64,000 nt of DNA. It comes from an uncultured Verrucomicrobiota bacterium. Its GTDB lineage: Bacteria > Verrucomicrobiota > Kiritimatiellia > CAIQIC01 > Lenti-01. A program made the translations under genes and the position numbers. Under the pieces are notes generated by a model. That model was not told where the DNA came from. It was given only the letters and a program-made list of their open reading frames with translations, and ran no database searches. Below, piece by piece: positions 7,850 to 16,059 of this stretch; the first letter of the stretch is position 1; each line of letters begins with the position of its first letter. The stretch spans positions 38,334 to 102,333 of the forward strand of contig CAYMTY010000006.1 of the NCBI GenBank assembly GCA_964393515.1. Direction: 5' to 3'.

Positions 7850-9996
7850 CCGTCCGCACGGGATTCCGGGCCGGCGGGCGCGGAATGATAGTACCGGTAG
7901 GTGTAGCCGCCATAGCGGCGGTAATAATAATAGTTGGCCATCGACTTGAAATTGACCCCGTTCATGATGCAGCCCAGGCAGGGGGTGCCGCCCTCCTGGA
8001 GCTTGAGGATCGCATGGCGGGCGCCCAGGCTGTGGGTGACGCCGTAGCGAACGACAAACAGCACGCCGTCCACGTTGGGCAGCAGCACGAGGGAATCACT
8101 GACGCCCAGGATCGGCGGGGCATCGACGATGACATGCTGGTACTGTTCGCGCGCCTCCCGGAGGAAATCGACGAACGGCTGGCGGCCGAGCAGTTCGGCG
8201 GGGTGCAGGGGCAGGTGCCCCGAGGAAATCACGCCGAGGTTCGGCACATCCTGCTGAAGCAGGACCTCCCGCCAGCGGGTCTCGCCTTTGAGGACATCGG
8301 CCAGGCCGATCGCGTCCGGTTGCGTGTCGAAAATTCTTGTCAGCACCGGCCGGCGCAGGTCGGCGGCGACCAGCAGGGTGCGGCGGCCGTCCTGGGCCAG
8401 GCTGATGGCCAGGTTGGTCGAAACCAGGGACTTCCCCTCCCCGGGACCGGCACTGGTGATCATCAGGACGGGTGCGTTGCGGATCTCCTCCTTGAGCAGC
8501 AGGCTGGCGCGCAGCGTGCGGAAGGATTCGGCCACCTCGCTGGTCTGCCGCAGATGGGCGACCATGCCGCGCTCCCGCACGGTCTTGTCGCCGATCAAGG
8601 GCACCGTGGCCAGCACGGGCAGGCCCAGCAGGCGCTCGACCTCCTCATTGCGGCGGAACCGGTGGTCGGCATAGTAGAACAGGAAAATCGCGCCGATGCC
8701 GAGGATCAGGCCGAAGGCGGCCCCCCGCACCACGGCCTGGCCCAGCCGCGGCCGGAACGGGGCCTTCGCGGGCCGCGCCTCCTCCACGATGCGGATGATG
8801 TCGGCCGGCAGGGTCTCGGAAATGCTGGCCTCCTTCATGCGGGCGATCACGGCCTGGTGGATCTCGCGGTCGGCCTCGACGTTGAGCTTGAGCTCGTTGT
8901 AGCGCACCAGCTTGCGGTCCAGGTCGAACGCCTCCTTCTCCTGCTTCTTCAGGGCGGCCAGGAGATTCCGCTCCCGCTCGACCAGGACCTCGTAGCGGTT
9001 CTGGAAGGCGTACAGGGCATCGTCGCAGGCCTGTTCAAACTGCTTCTGGAGTTTCTTCTCCTGTTCAAGCGCCTGCTGCAGGTCGGGATACTGTTCGCGG
9101 TAGCGCTGCTGCAGGCGGTCGACCTCGCGCTGCTGCTCCTGGACCCGCTGGTGCGCCGCCTGCACGTTGGCGTCGCTCATCACGGCCGCGATCTTGCTGG
9201 CCGGAACGTTGGTTTCAATCTGCGCCTGGATGGACTTCCAGGCCGTCTCGGCCTGGATGCGCTCCGTCTGGGCTGCAGTCAGCGCCTGGTTCAACGCCTT
9301 GAGCTTGTCGATAACGATGTTCTGGTCCTCCTCCAGCGAAACCGAACCGGTCTCCTCGCGGTAGTGCTGCAGTTCGGCCAGGCCCTTTTCGAGCTTGTCG
9401 CGGTATTCCTCGGAGCGTTCGCGCAGCCACTCGACCGCCTCCAGGGAGGCGTTCATGCGCATGTCGAGGTACTGCTGGATGTAGGACTGGGCGAGGGCGT
9501 TGGCGAAAGCGCTGGCGGCCTGCGGATCGGCATGCTCGACCGTGATGTCGATCATGCGGGTCTTCTCCACCGCCTTGATCGCCACCAGCCTGCGGGCGGC
9601 CTCGGCCTTGTCCTCGGGGGTTTTGCCCCCGGGCAGGAACCCGGGCTGCTGATCCAGCCCGCTCCGTTCCAGGGCCGCCGCCATCATGTTGCGGCTATGG
9701 AGCGCATTCAGGTGCGTGTTGAAGAACTCGAGGCTGCGGGTGTTGTAGGACAGGACATCCTGGAAATTCAGGATCTTGGGGATCTGCGCCTCCACCAGCA
9801 GAGTGGCCGTGCTGCGGTACATCGGCGTCTGGCGGCGGGCGTTGAGGAAAAACAGCAAAAAGACGACGGCGGCCACCGACAGGCCCAGCCAGGCGCGTTC
9901 CATGAGGATGGCCACGGCCTCGCGCCAGTCGGGAAACTTGGAGAGGCTGTTTTCGCCGCTGTCGCCGCCGTTCGCAATGTAGGGGGTCTTGGTCAT
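7846..9996 (-). CDS. wzc: Polysaccharide co-polymerase with a C-terminal BY-kinase domain (Wzc/GumC/EpsG-like, PCP-2a).
   Basis: N-terminal Wzz-like domain with two TM segments, long coiled coils, a Walker A motif (MITSAGPGEGKSLVSTNLA) and a tyrosine-rich tail (YYYRRYGGYTYRYY). Confidence 0.85.
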   Translation of the reverse strand: MTKTPYIANGGDSGENSLSKFPDWREAVAILMERAWLGLSVAAVVFLLFFLNARRQTPMYRSTATLLVEAQIPKILNFQDVLSYNTRSLEFFNTHLNALHSRNMMAAALERSGLDQQPGFLPGGKTPEDKAEAARRLVAIKAVEKTRMIDITVEHADPQAASAFANALAQSYIQQYLDMRMNASLEAVEWLRERSEEYRDKLEKGLAELQHYREETGSVSLEEDQNIVIDKLKALNQALTAAQTERIQAETAWKSIQAQIETNVPASKIAAVMSDANVQAAHQRVQEQQREVDRLQQRYREQYPDLQQALEQEKKLQKQFEQACDDALYAFQNRYEVLVERERNLLAALKKQEKEAFDLDRKLVRYNELKLNVEADREIHQAVIARMKEASISETLPADIIRIVEEARPAKAPFRPRLGQAVVRGAAFGLILGIGAIFLFYYADHRFRRNEEVERLLGLPVLATVPLIGDKTVRERGMVAHLRQTSEVAESFRTLRASLLLKEEIRNAPVLMITSAGPGEGKSLVSTNLAISLAQDGRRTLLVAADLRRPVLTRIFDTQPDAIGLADVLKGETRWREVLLQQDVPNLGVISSGHLPLHPAELLGRQPFVDFLREAREQYQHVIVDAPPILGVSDSLVLLPNVDGVLFVVRYGVTHSLGARHAILKLQEGGTPCLGCIMNGVNFKSMANYYYYRRYGGYTYRYYHSAPAGPESRADG

Positions 9997-10071
9997 AGAC
10001 TATAGGCGGTAGGCGGCGGACTGTAGGGGAAAGAAGTCATAGGGATTAGGCTGCAGGGGGTGGGCTGTAGG
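9997..10071. repeat. Left inverted-repeat region of IVS-like cassette 2 (ATAGGCGGTAGGCGG / GGCTGTAGG motifs).
   Basis: CTATAGGCGGTAGGCGGCGGACTGTAGGGG ... GGGCTGTAGG pairs with the reverse complement of 10452-10489 (GACGATAGGCTGTAGGCTGTAGCCG). Confidence 0.5.
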
Positions 10072-10074
10072 TTT

Positions 10075-10432
10075 TCATTTGTTGCGCATGGAACGAATCA
10101 GCGCTCCAAGTACTTTTTCAGATTCCGGCATTTTCAAGTCGCCCTCACAAGCGATCTTTTCGCCAATATATCCCAACCGCAGGGACAACCCGAACTGGTA
10201 ATGCAGTTCTCGCAAGGAACCAAATGCCACTTTGAGAAAATGCCGGTATTCGGCTTGGCTCTCATATGCATATCCCTCCACAATGTTGGATACAACTGAA
10301 ACCGCCGCCCGCCTCATTTGCGAGGTCAAACCAAACAACTCTTCTTTGGGCAAACTCCCGCGTGATCCGGTAGACCAAAATCGCAATCCCGTCAGCCAGT
10401 TTAAAGGCCCTGAGCTTCGTATGATCCCGCAT
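10075..10432 (-). pseudogene. Four-helix-bundle protein (23S rRNA IVS protein family), second copy. Disrupted by a 1-nt insertion.
   Basis: N-terminus MRDHTKLRAFKLADGIAILVYRITREF in one frame. C-terminus ...PKEELFGLTSQMRRAAVSVVSNIVEGYAYESQAEYRHFLKVAFGSLRELHYQF... in the +1 frame (ORF 10075..10386). The extra base lies in GAGTTTGCCCAAAG. Confidence 0.6.
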
Positions 10433-10451
10433 TGCTTTCCTAACGTCTTCC

Positions 10452-10489
10452 CGGCTACAGCCTACAGCCTATCGTCTACAGCCTTCTTC
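10452..10489. repeat. Right inverted repeat of IVS-like cassette 2.
   Basis: CGGCTACAGCCTACAGCCTATCGTCTACAGCC is the reverse-complement partner of the 10003-10030 region. It ends at the wza stop codon. Confidence 0.5.
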
Positions 10490-11155
10490 CTAGAACAGCA
10501 CCTGATCCACCGTGATGACATCGTTGGGTTCAAGCGGGACATCCTTTTCCCCGTCCCTGCTGCGCAGCAGGTCCGACACCCGGATCCGCAGAGTGTCCTG
10601 GTGCCCGTCGGGCGTGCGCCGCACAATGCGGACGCGGTCCGGGCTGGCCAGTTCGGTGAAGCCACCCGCCCCGGCAATGGCCTGTAGCAAGGTCATGGAA
10701 CTGCCAAACGGTAGGGGGTAGACCCCGGGCTTCTTCACCTCGCCCAGCAGCACGATCTGGGAGCTCTGGGTGGACACCATCTTGAGGATGACTCGCGGGT
10801 TGACCAGATAGTCCTTGGCCAGACGCGCGGTCAGCGCCGCCTCGGCTTCCTTGACCGTCTGGCGGTCCAGCAGCACGGTCCCCAGCAGCGGATGGCGGAT
10901 TTCCCCCTCCGGGCTGATCTGGAACACGCCGGACAGCTCGGGCTCGCGGTAAACCTGGATATCGATCTCGTCGCCCGGCTGCAGGAGGTATTCAGGGGGG
11001 ATTCCGGCCGCGGCGGGCGGCGCCGCCGGCGCGGGTTGCGCCCGCGGCTGCGCGGCCGCCGGCGGGTGGGCGCAGCCGGCGGACATCCCCGCCAGCCCCA
11101 GGCTCAGGACGGCCGCGACTCCGCACCGCCGGATTGTGGTCATACGCGATTCCAT
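10490..11155 (-). CDS. wza: Polysaccharide export outer-membrane lipoprotein (Wza/OPX-like: Poly_export plus SLBB domains).
   Basis: Lipobox-like signal (...LAGMSAGC). Also IQVYREPELSGVFQISPEGEIRHPLLGTV and DVITVDQVLF, typical of the Poly_export/SLBB domain. Confidence 0.8.
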   Translation of the reverse strand: MESRMTTIRRCGVAAVLSLGLAGMSAGCAHPPAAAQPRAQPAPAAPPAAAGIPPEYLLQPGDEIDIQVYREPELSGVFQISPEGEIRHPLLGTVLLDRQTVKEAEAALTARLAKDYLVNPRVILKMVSTQSSQIVLLGEVKKPGVYPLPFGSSMTLLQAIAGAGGFTELASPDRVRIVRRTPDGHQDTLRIRVSDLLRSRDGEKDVPLEPNDVITVDQVLF

Positions 11156-11212
11156 GGGGTGATGGATAGCAAAACCGCGGGGGAAAGGGAATGCCGGAAT
11201 TGCCGCCGGGAG

Positions 11213-12508
11213 CTAGTAGTTCCAACTGGCGCGCAGGGTCCAGCGTCCGTATTCATAGGAAGTGGCCTCCTGCAGCTCGGCATCCGCGTCCTGGCTGCCA
11301 TCGCGCTGCATGTAGGAATAGGCTAGGCCTAGGGAGAAGTGCTGCTTGGTCCACCAGTCCACGCCCAGCGTGAACCCCCAGTAGTTGTCGCTCCGCCCGT
11401 CGAAGGCCAGGGGCGCCGCCCCGGCCGCCGGCTCCGCCTCTCCGCCGTGGTAGTCGATCCGGCCGAGCGTGACGGACGCGTTGCCGCGCAGGCGTTCAGA
11501 GAACAGCCGGCGGGCCGCGGAGACCACCACGCCCTGGTCCACCGTGTCCAGGCCCGCCTCGTCGGCGGCCGGGCGCACATCCGCATAGAGCTCGGCGCTG
11601 AAGGCGGTCAGCCCGAACGGGCTGCTGCGGGCTTCGAGCGCGGCGATCCAATGCTCGAACGAGCCGCGCGCTTGGTCGTCGTAGGTCCGCCACATGTAGC
11701 CCACCCGGCCGGACGAGGAGAACTTGGGCGACTGCTTGCCGCGCACGCCCAGCGCCAGATCATGGTAGTCGGCGCCGCTGGCGGCATCGGTTGCATCCCG
11801 GGGCTCGTCGCGGCCGAGGCCGGCCTGCACGAATCCCTCGCTTTTGGGGGTCAGGCGGTGGTACAGCCGGCCGCCGCCGTAATAGCGGTCGTAATCCACG
11901 TAGTCTTCCGCGTCGAAATCGTGCCGTTCGGCGCGCCCCAGGCCCCCCAGGCTGGACTTGCCTGAGATCCGGTGCTCCGCGCTGAGATCGGCGAAATAAT
12001 CCCGCTTGAGGACGCGCGCGCCGACCACGGCATCCAGTTCCTCCAGGTGGCGGTAGCCGAACTGGCCGTTGATCTGGCTTTTAGGCGTGCGGTAGACGGC
12101 CCCCAGGCGCAGCAGGTGGCTGGGCCGATCGCTGACCTCCTCCTCGCTGTTGTACAGCGGGATGCCCAGGCCGTAGTCGGCGTAGAGGTGGTTGTCCGCC
12201 GGCCGCCCCCAGATGGCCAGCAGGCCGGGGGCCAGGTTGACGGAAGTCGCCGCGGTCCCGTCCTCCGGATCGAGGAACACGTTGTCCTCGTGCGAGACCG
12301 ACAGCGTCACCCGCGGCAGGAGCGCCCCGGTCTTGACCGGCATGTAGAACGGATCGAAGACCGCGCCGCCCTGATCCAGGTAGAAGGCGGTCTCGACGCC
12401 GCGGGTATAGAAGCCCGAAGCATAGCTGTCGAGCGCGGCCCATACGGACAGGGGCGCCGCTCCGGCGGCGCCCGCCAGCAGGAACCAGATGAGGATCCGT
12501 TGCCTCAA
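11213..12508 (-). CDS. Putative outer-membrane beta-barrel protein. Family unassigned.
   Basis: Signal peptide (L)RQRILIWFLLAGAAGAAPLSVWA, alternating beta-strand pattern and a C-terminal aromatic ...RASWNY. The start was set at the TTG at 12508, just after the upstream stop. The track ORF to 13405 overlaps the hydrolase gene. Confidence 0.45.
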   Translation of the reverse strand: MRQRILIWFLLAGAAGAAPLSVWAALDSYASGFYTRGVETAFYLDQGGAVFDPFYMPVKTGALLPRVTLSVSHEDNVFLDPEDGTAATSVNLAPGLLAIWGRPADNHLYADYGLGIPLYNSEEEVSDRPSHLLRLGAVYRTPKSQINGQFGYRHLEELDAVVGARVLKRDYFADLSAEHRISGKSSLGGLGRAERHDFDAEDYVDYDRYYGGGRLYHRLTPKSEGFVQAGLGRDEPRDATDAASGADYHDLALGVRGKQSPKFSSSGRVGYMWRTYDDQARGSFEHWIAALEARSSPFGLTAFSAELYADVRPAADEAGLDTVDQGVVVSAARRLFSERLRGNASVTLGRIDYHGGEAEPAAGAAPLAFDGRSDNYWGFTLGVDWWTKQHFSLGLAYSYMQRDGSQDADAELQEATSYEYGRWTLRASWNY

Positions 12509-14406
12509 CGGTTCGCCTCCAGGTAGCGGAAGCCCTGGATCAGCTCGATTTCCCGCCGATTGTACGGGGTGCCGTCCGGCTCCAGCACGCCCTGCTGCCA
12601 GAGATCCGGATCCTTTTCCGACCGGAAGTGGGGCTGCTGAATTTCCAACTGGGTCTTGCCTTGCACGAGGCCGCGGTTGAACCAGCCCACCCGGTAGGCG
12701 GAGAACAGCGGCAGCACCTTCTCGAAGTCGTTGCCGGTCTGGCGCATCAGCCAGTCGGCGCAGATGATCGGGCGGTTGTAGCGCTGGAGCAGAAGCAAAC
12801 GCGCCTCGATGCTTTCGACATTGTCGAAGCTCTGGAAGGTGATCAGGTCGGAGCGTTCCAGCTTGCGGGTGGCCATCGCGCTGCCGAACTCGCGCCAGGC
12901 GGCGACCGCCAGCGGCTGGGAAGCCTCGACCGAGCGGGCCCAGTTGAAGGTCTGGTCCATCAGCGGCAGGGATTCCTCCCACAGCCCGCTGTTGCCGGCG
13001 GTGTTGTAGAGGTCCCAGTAGAGGATCCGGCCGTCGCGCTTGAACCGGCCCATCACGTCCTTGACGTATTTCTCCAAGGCGGACCATTGCGCGCGGTCGG
13101 TGACGGCGGCATGGGCCGGGCTGGGCACCCAGCGGCTGTTGTACTGGCCCGGCACCGGTTCGGGCTGGGGCCCGGGCTGCGGCGGCTGGCCGGCCAGGTC
13201 CAGGTCGTCGAACAGCACCGGCACGATGCGCAGCCCGTGCTTGCCGGCCAGGTCGAGCAGCTGGTCCACGCGCTTCAGGAAGCCGTCGGGATCGGCCTGC
13301 CACACCACGAACTGCAGCGGGACGCGGATGGCCGTGTAGCCGAGGCTGCGGGCCCAGCTGAGCTCTTCGTCGATCGTGTCGGGATCGAAGGTGTCCGCCA
13401 TCCACATTTCCACGGAGTTGACGGCGGTGCGGGGAATGTAGTTGACACCCTTGATCGTGCCGATGTTTTCAAACCAGTTCCAGATGCGCAGCTCCTCCCA
13501 GCGCCCGCCCGGCGCCCCCGCCCCCGGCCGGGGCAGCCTCGCGGGCACGGCCGAGGCTACGGACGGACGGATCGTCGGGCTGGCGTCGGTGACCAACGCG
13601 CCGGAATCCAGCGTGACGATGTCGGAGGACAGCCCCAGGTACTGCGCCAGCCCGTCCCGGTCGAAACCGCGCTCGCGGTAGATGAAGGGCTCCAGGTCGG
13701 CAAAGAACGTGTTGCACAGTTCGAAGTAATGGAGTTCGGGATCGGTCGCCACGCCCTCCTCTTGCAGGTCGCTGCGCTCGGTCTCCGGATCGAACGTCAT
13801 CCGGGCGGCTTCGCCGGCCTGCAGTTCGGTGCGATTGCCGCCGCGGGGCACGACCGCCAGTTCGTAGGCATCGCTGTAGACGTCCCAGCCCTCCCGGCCC
13901 TTCTGCGCCACGACGAACGAACCGCCCTGCGCCTCGACAGTGCCGGCCGGGGTCTCGATCCGGATGTCGAGCGTCGGAGACGGCGGTCCAGCCTGCACGC
14001 GCATCCGGCCCTTGTGGAGCTGGAGGTGGATGCGCCGGACCAGATCGTCCTCGGTCCGGGGCAGGCCATCGGCGGTATGCCGCAGCTGCATGATCGTAAA
14101 CTCGGTGTTGGGGGCCACGCACAGGATCGCTCCTGGCGAGCAAACCATGCACAGCCGGCCGTCCCTGCCGGTCATTACGCGGGTACTCTCGCCCACCGCC
14201 GCGCCTTCCAACAGCCCCCGCGTCTCCTGGCGCCCTTCGTGCACGGGTGCGGTATAGACCCGGGCGGTGGCCCGGCCAGCCTGGGCCGCCACGACGGCCT
14301 CCCCCGTCGGCGGCAGCGCGCGGGCCGGCAGCGCCAGCAGCCAGCCGAAGGCCAAGCCAGCCATGGCCAACCGGCCGGTCCGGAAAACGATGCTTGTCTT
14401 GTTCAT
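12505..14406 (-). CDS. Secreted protein with an N-terminal FecR-like beta-sandwich and a C-terminal TIM-barrel glycoside-hydrolase-like domain (GH5/cellulase-superfamily-like).
   Basis: Signal peptide MNKTSIVFRTGRLAMAGLAFGWLLALPARA. Glycosidase-like stretches IKGVNYIPRTAVNSVEMW and YTAIRVPLQFVVW. A canonical NEP catalytic motif was not found, so enzymatic activity is uncertain. Confidence 0.4.
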   Translation of the reverse strand: MNKTSIVFRTGRLAMAGLAFGWLLALPARALPPTGEAVVAAQAGRATARVYTAPVHEGRQETRGLLEGAAVGESTRVMTGRDGRLCMVCSPGAILCVAPNTEFTIMQLRHTADGLPRTEDDLVRRIHLQLHKGRMRVQAGPPSPTLDIRIETPAGTVEAQGGSFVVAQKGREGWDVYSDAYELAVVPRGGNRTELQAGEAARMTFDPETERSDLQEEGVATDPELHYFELCNTFFADLEPFIYRERGFDRDGLAQYLGLSSDIVTLDSGALVTDASPTIRPSVASAVPARLPRPGAGAPGGRWEELRIWNWFENIGTIKGVNYIPRTAVNSVEMWMADTFDPDTIDEELSWARSLGYTAIRVPLQFVVWQADPDGFLKRVDQLLDLAGKHGLRIVPVLFDDLDLAGQPPQPGPQPEPVPGQYNSRWVPSPAHAAVTDRAQWSALEKYVKDVMGRFKRDGRILYWDLYNTAGNSGLWEESLPLMDQTFNWARSVEASQPLAVAAWREFGSAMATRKLERSDLITFQSFDNVESIEARLLLLQRYNRPIICADWLMRQTGNDFEKVLPLFSAYRVGWFNRGLVQGKTQLEIQQPHFRSEKDPDLWQQGVLEPDGTPYNRREIELIQGFRYLEANR

Positions 14407-14444
14407 GGCTTGCTATACCTTTTTTCCAGAATCCGAACCCCGCC

Positions 14445-14882
14445 ATGTCCGATTCCCGGGAAATCGTCGAAAGCCTGCTCCAGCAGCACACGACCGTTAC
14501 CTTCCAGGCCCAGGGCCTTAGCATGACACCCGCCATCCGCGCCGGCGACCTGGTCCATGTCCGGCCGGCCGCAGGCCCGGATCTGCGCCGGGGCAGCGTC
14601 GTTCTGTACCGGAACCATGGCCGCCTGATCCTGCACCGGCTGGTGGCCTGCGACCGCCAGGCCGCCCGCGTGCGAACGGCCGCGGATGCCGCGCTGGCCG
14701 GCGGCGACTGGATCCCCGTCGCGGACATTCTGGGCGTGGCCGAATCGGTCCGCCATGGCGACCGGCTCCAGCGCCTGGACACGGCGCCGGCCCGACTGGC
14801 CGGCCTGCTGCGCTATGCCCTGCGGCCGCTGCGCCGCTTGGCAATCGCCCTGAATCGCCGTTTGAAACCACTGGTCCTGTAG
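14445..14882 (+). CDS. Small soluble S24/S26-family serine peptidase-like protein (signal-peptidase/LexA-like fold). It appears to be of the Ser/His type.
   Basis: GLSMTPAIRAGDLVHV carries the nucleophile motif. The position normally occupied by the KR(V/L) general base reads RLILHRLVA, as in S26B/SEC11-type enzymes. No N-terminal TM helix. Confidence 0.55.
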   Translation: MSDSREIVESLLQQHTTVTFQAQGLSMTPAIRAGDLVHVRPAAGPDLRRGSVVLYRNHGRLILHRLVACDRQAARVRTAADAALAGGDWIPVADILGVAESVRHGDRLQRLDTAPARLAGLLRYALRPLRRLAIALNRRLKPLVL

Positions 14883-14936
14883 GGGCTCAGCTTGCTGAGC
14901 CCGGGATCTAGGCTGAGCAAGCTCAGCCCCTACAAG
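14883..14936. terminator. Twin GC-rich hairpins between convergent genes. Candidate bidirectional terminator.
   Basis: GGGGCTCAGCttGCTGAGCCC and GGCTGAGCaaGCTCAGCCC lie immediately after the TAG of the S24-like gene, 50 bp before the HprK-like gene stop. There is no U-tract. Confidence 0.35.
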
Positions 14937-14986
14937 TCGTGAATCCAATCGGCCACCCCTTGGATATTGAATATTGAATCCCATTT

Positions 14987-15886
14987 TCACGCCAAAGCCC
15001 CTTCCCCGGCCAAGGCCTCCACCGCTGCCGCTGTCTTCGTGAAATGAAACTGCGCGGGTTTGATCTCGCGCACCAGCCGGTTCAAGCCGTCCAGGGTTCC
15101 CTGCGCCCAGGAGTCCTCGAACCAAGGCACCGCGGCCACGTCCAGCATGGCCAGCCGGGCCTGCACCGCCGGCAGCAGCTGCACGCGTTCCGTGGCCGCC
15201 TGCCGCAGCAGAAAGAGGCCGCCCAGCGGCGCCTCCTCCGCCTCGGCGAAGCAGCCGGAGCCGTGCCACGGCGTGCCGGCCACCCGCCATTCCCCGCCGC
15301 GGCGAAAGACCATGGCGCGGTCGTCGTTCAGGATCCGCCAGCCCTGCGCATGGCAAAGGCCGGCCAAGGTGGACTTGCCCGCGCCGCTGCGGCCGGCAAA
15401 TACCCAGCCTGTACCTTCGTGAACCGCGGCGGCTCCGTGCACCAGCGCGCCGCCCAGGCGCGACAGCATTCCCCAGGCGAGAAACTGGTCCAGCGGATAA
15501 TGCAGCGGCGCCTCCAAGCCATCGGAATGCCGGGACAGCCAGGCCGGATCCAGCGCCAGTTCCGCGCGGGAGAGATCGCGCGCCACCCGACAGCCGTAGC
15601 GGGCCCGGCCCGGCTCCTGGAATCCCGCGCAGCACAGCAGGTCCGCGCCCTGGTCCCAGACCGCCCAGCATTGGCCGCGCCGCCACAGGGGGGCGGCGGC
15701 GGGCAGCGGCGTCGCCCGCGGCACCAGATCCACATCCAGAATGGCTAGCGGCTCCGGAGCGCGGCGGGCGCCGCCCCGGGAAAAGAAGTTCCGATAGCCC
15801 GGTTCAGAATACCGGACCGGGCGCAGGCCTTCGCCCTGCAGTTTCAACCGCAGGGGGCCAATGTTGATTTGACCCAGATGGCTCAT
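14987..15886 (-). CDS. HPr kinase-related P-loop protein (HprK-related kinase A-like).
   Basis: Walker A FAGRSGAGKSTLAGL, embedded in an HprK C-terminal-domain-like context. The start was set at MSHLGQINIGP, where the ATGA overlaps the stop of the small upstream ORF. Confidence 0.65.
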   Translation of the reverse strand: MSHLGQINIGPLRLKLQGEGLRPVRYSEPGYRNFFSRGGARRAPEPLAILDVDLVPRATPLPAAAPLWRRGQCWAVWDQGADLLCCAGFQEPGRARYGCRVARDLSRAELALDPAWLSRHSDGLEAPLHYPLDQFLAWGMLSRLGGALVHGAAAVHEGTGWVFAGRSGAGKSTLAGLCHAQGWRILNDDRAMVFRRGGEWRVAGTPWHGSGCFAEAEEAPLGGLFLLRQAATERVQLLPAVQARLAMLDVAAVPWFEDSWAQGTLDGLNRLVREIKPAQFHFTKTAAAVEALAGEGALA

Positions 15887-16059
15887 GAACCCGGCTCGAA
15901 AAAACCCGGTTCCTCGATCGGGCACGGCTCGGTCATTTTGCAACCTTCGCCCAGCGTTTCGGCCAGCGCCAGATCCACGCGCTTGATCTCCGGCTTGGCA
16001 TAGGGCCGCCGCACCGTCAGTTCGTCGGGCGTCTGGATATTGTCAGGCTCGGGTTTCAT
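15883..16059 (-). CDS. 58-aa small ORF. Candidate RiPP precursor peptide or accessory peptide.
   Basis: MKPEPDNIQTPDELTVRRPYAKPEIKRVDLALAETLGEGCKMTEPCPIEEPGFFEPGS. Both ends are ATGA-coupled, to the radical SAM stop and to the kinase start. It has an amphipathic leader-like helix and a Cys-x4-Cys acidic core. Confidence 0.4.
   Translation of the reverse strand: MKPEPDNIQTPDELTVRRPYAKPEIKRVDLALAETLGEGCKMTEPCPIEEPGFFEPGS

Noticed and set aside
11213-13405. 730-aa version of the outer-membrane beta-barrel ORF extending far upstream.
   Set aside because: The upstream 300 codons overlap the hydrolase gene in another frame and are Arg/Pro/Gly-rich. A signal peptide begins right after the hydrolase stop, so the start was placed at 12508.
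14403-15686. 427-aa minus-strand ORF spanning the S24-like and HprK-like genes.
   Set aside because: It overlaps two ORFs that have clear family motifs (GLSMTP peptidase and a GAGKST P-loop). Its own translation is Gly/Arg/Ala-rich low complexity.
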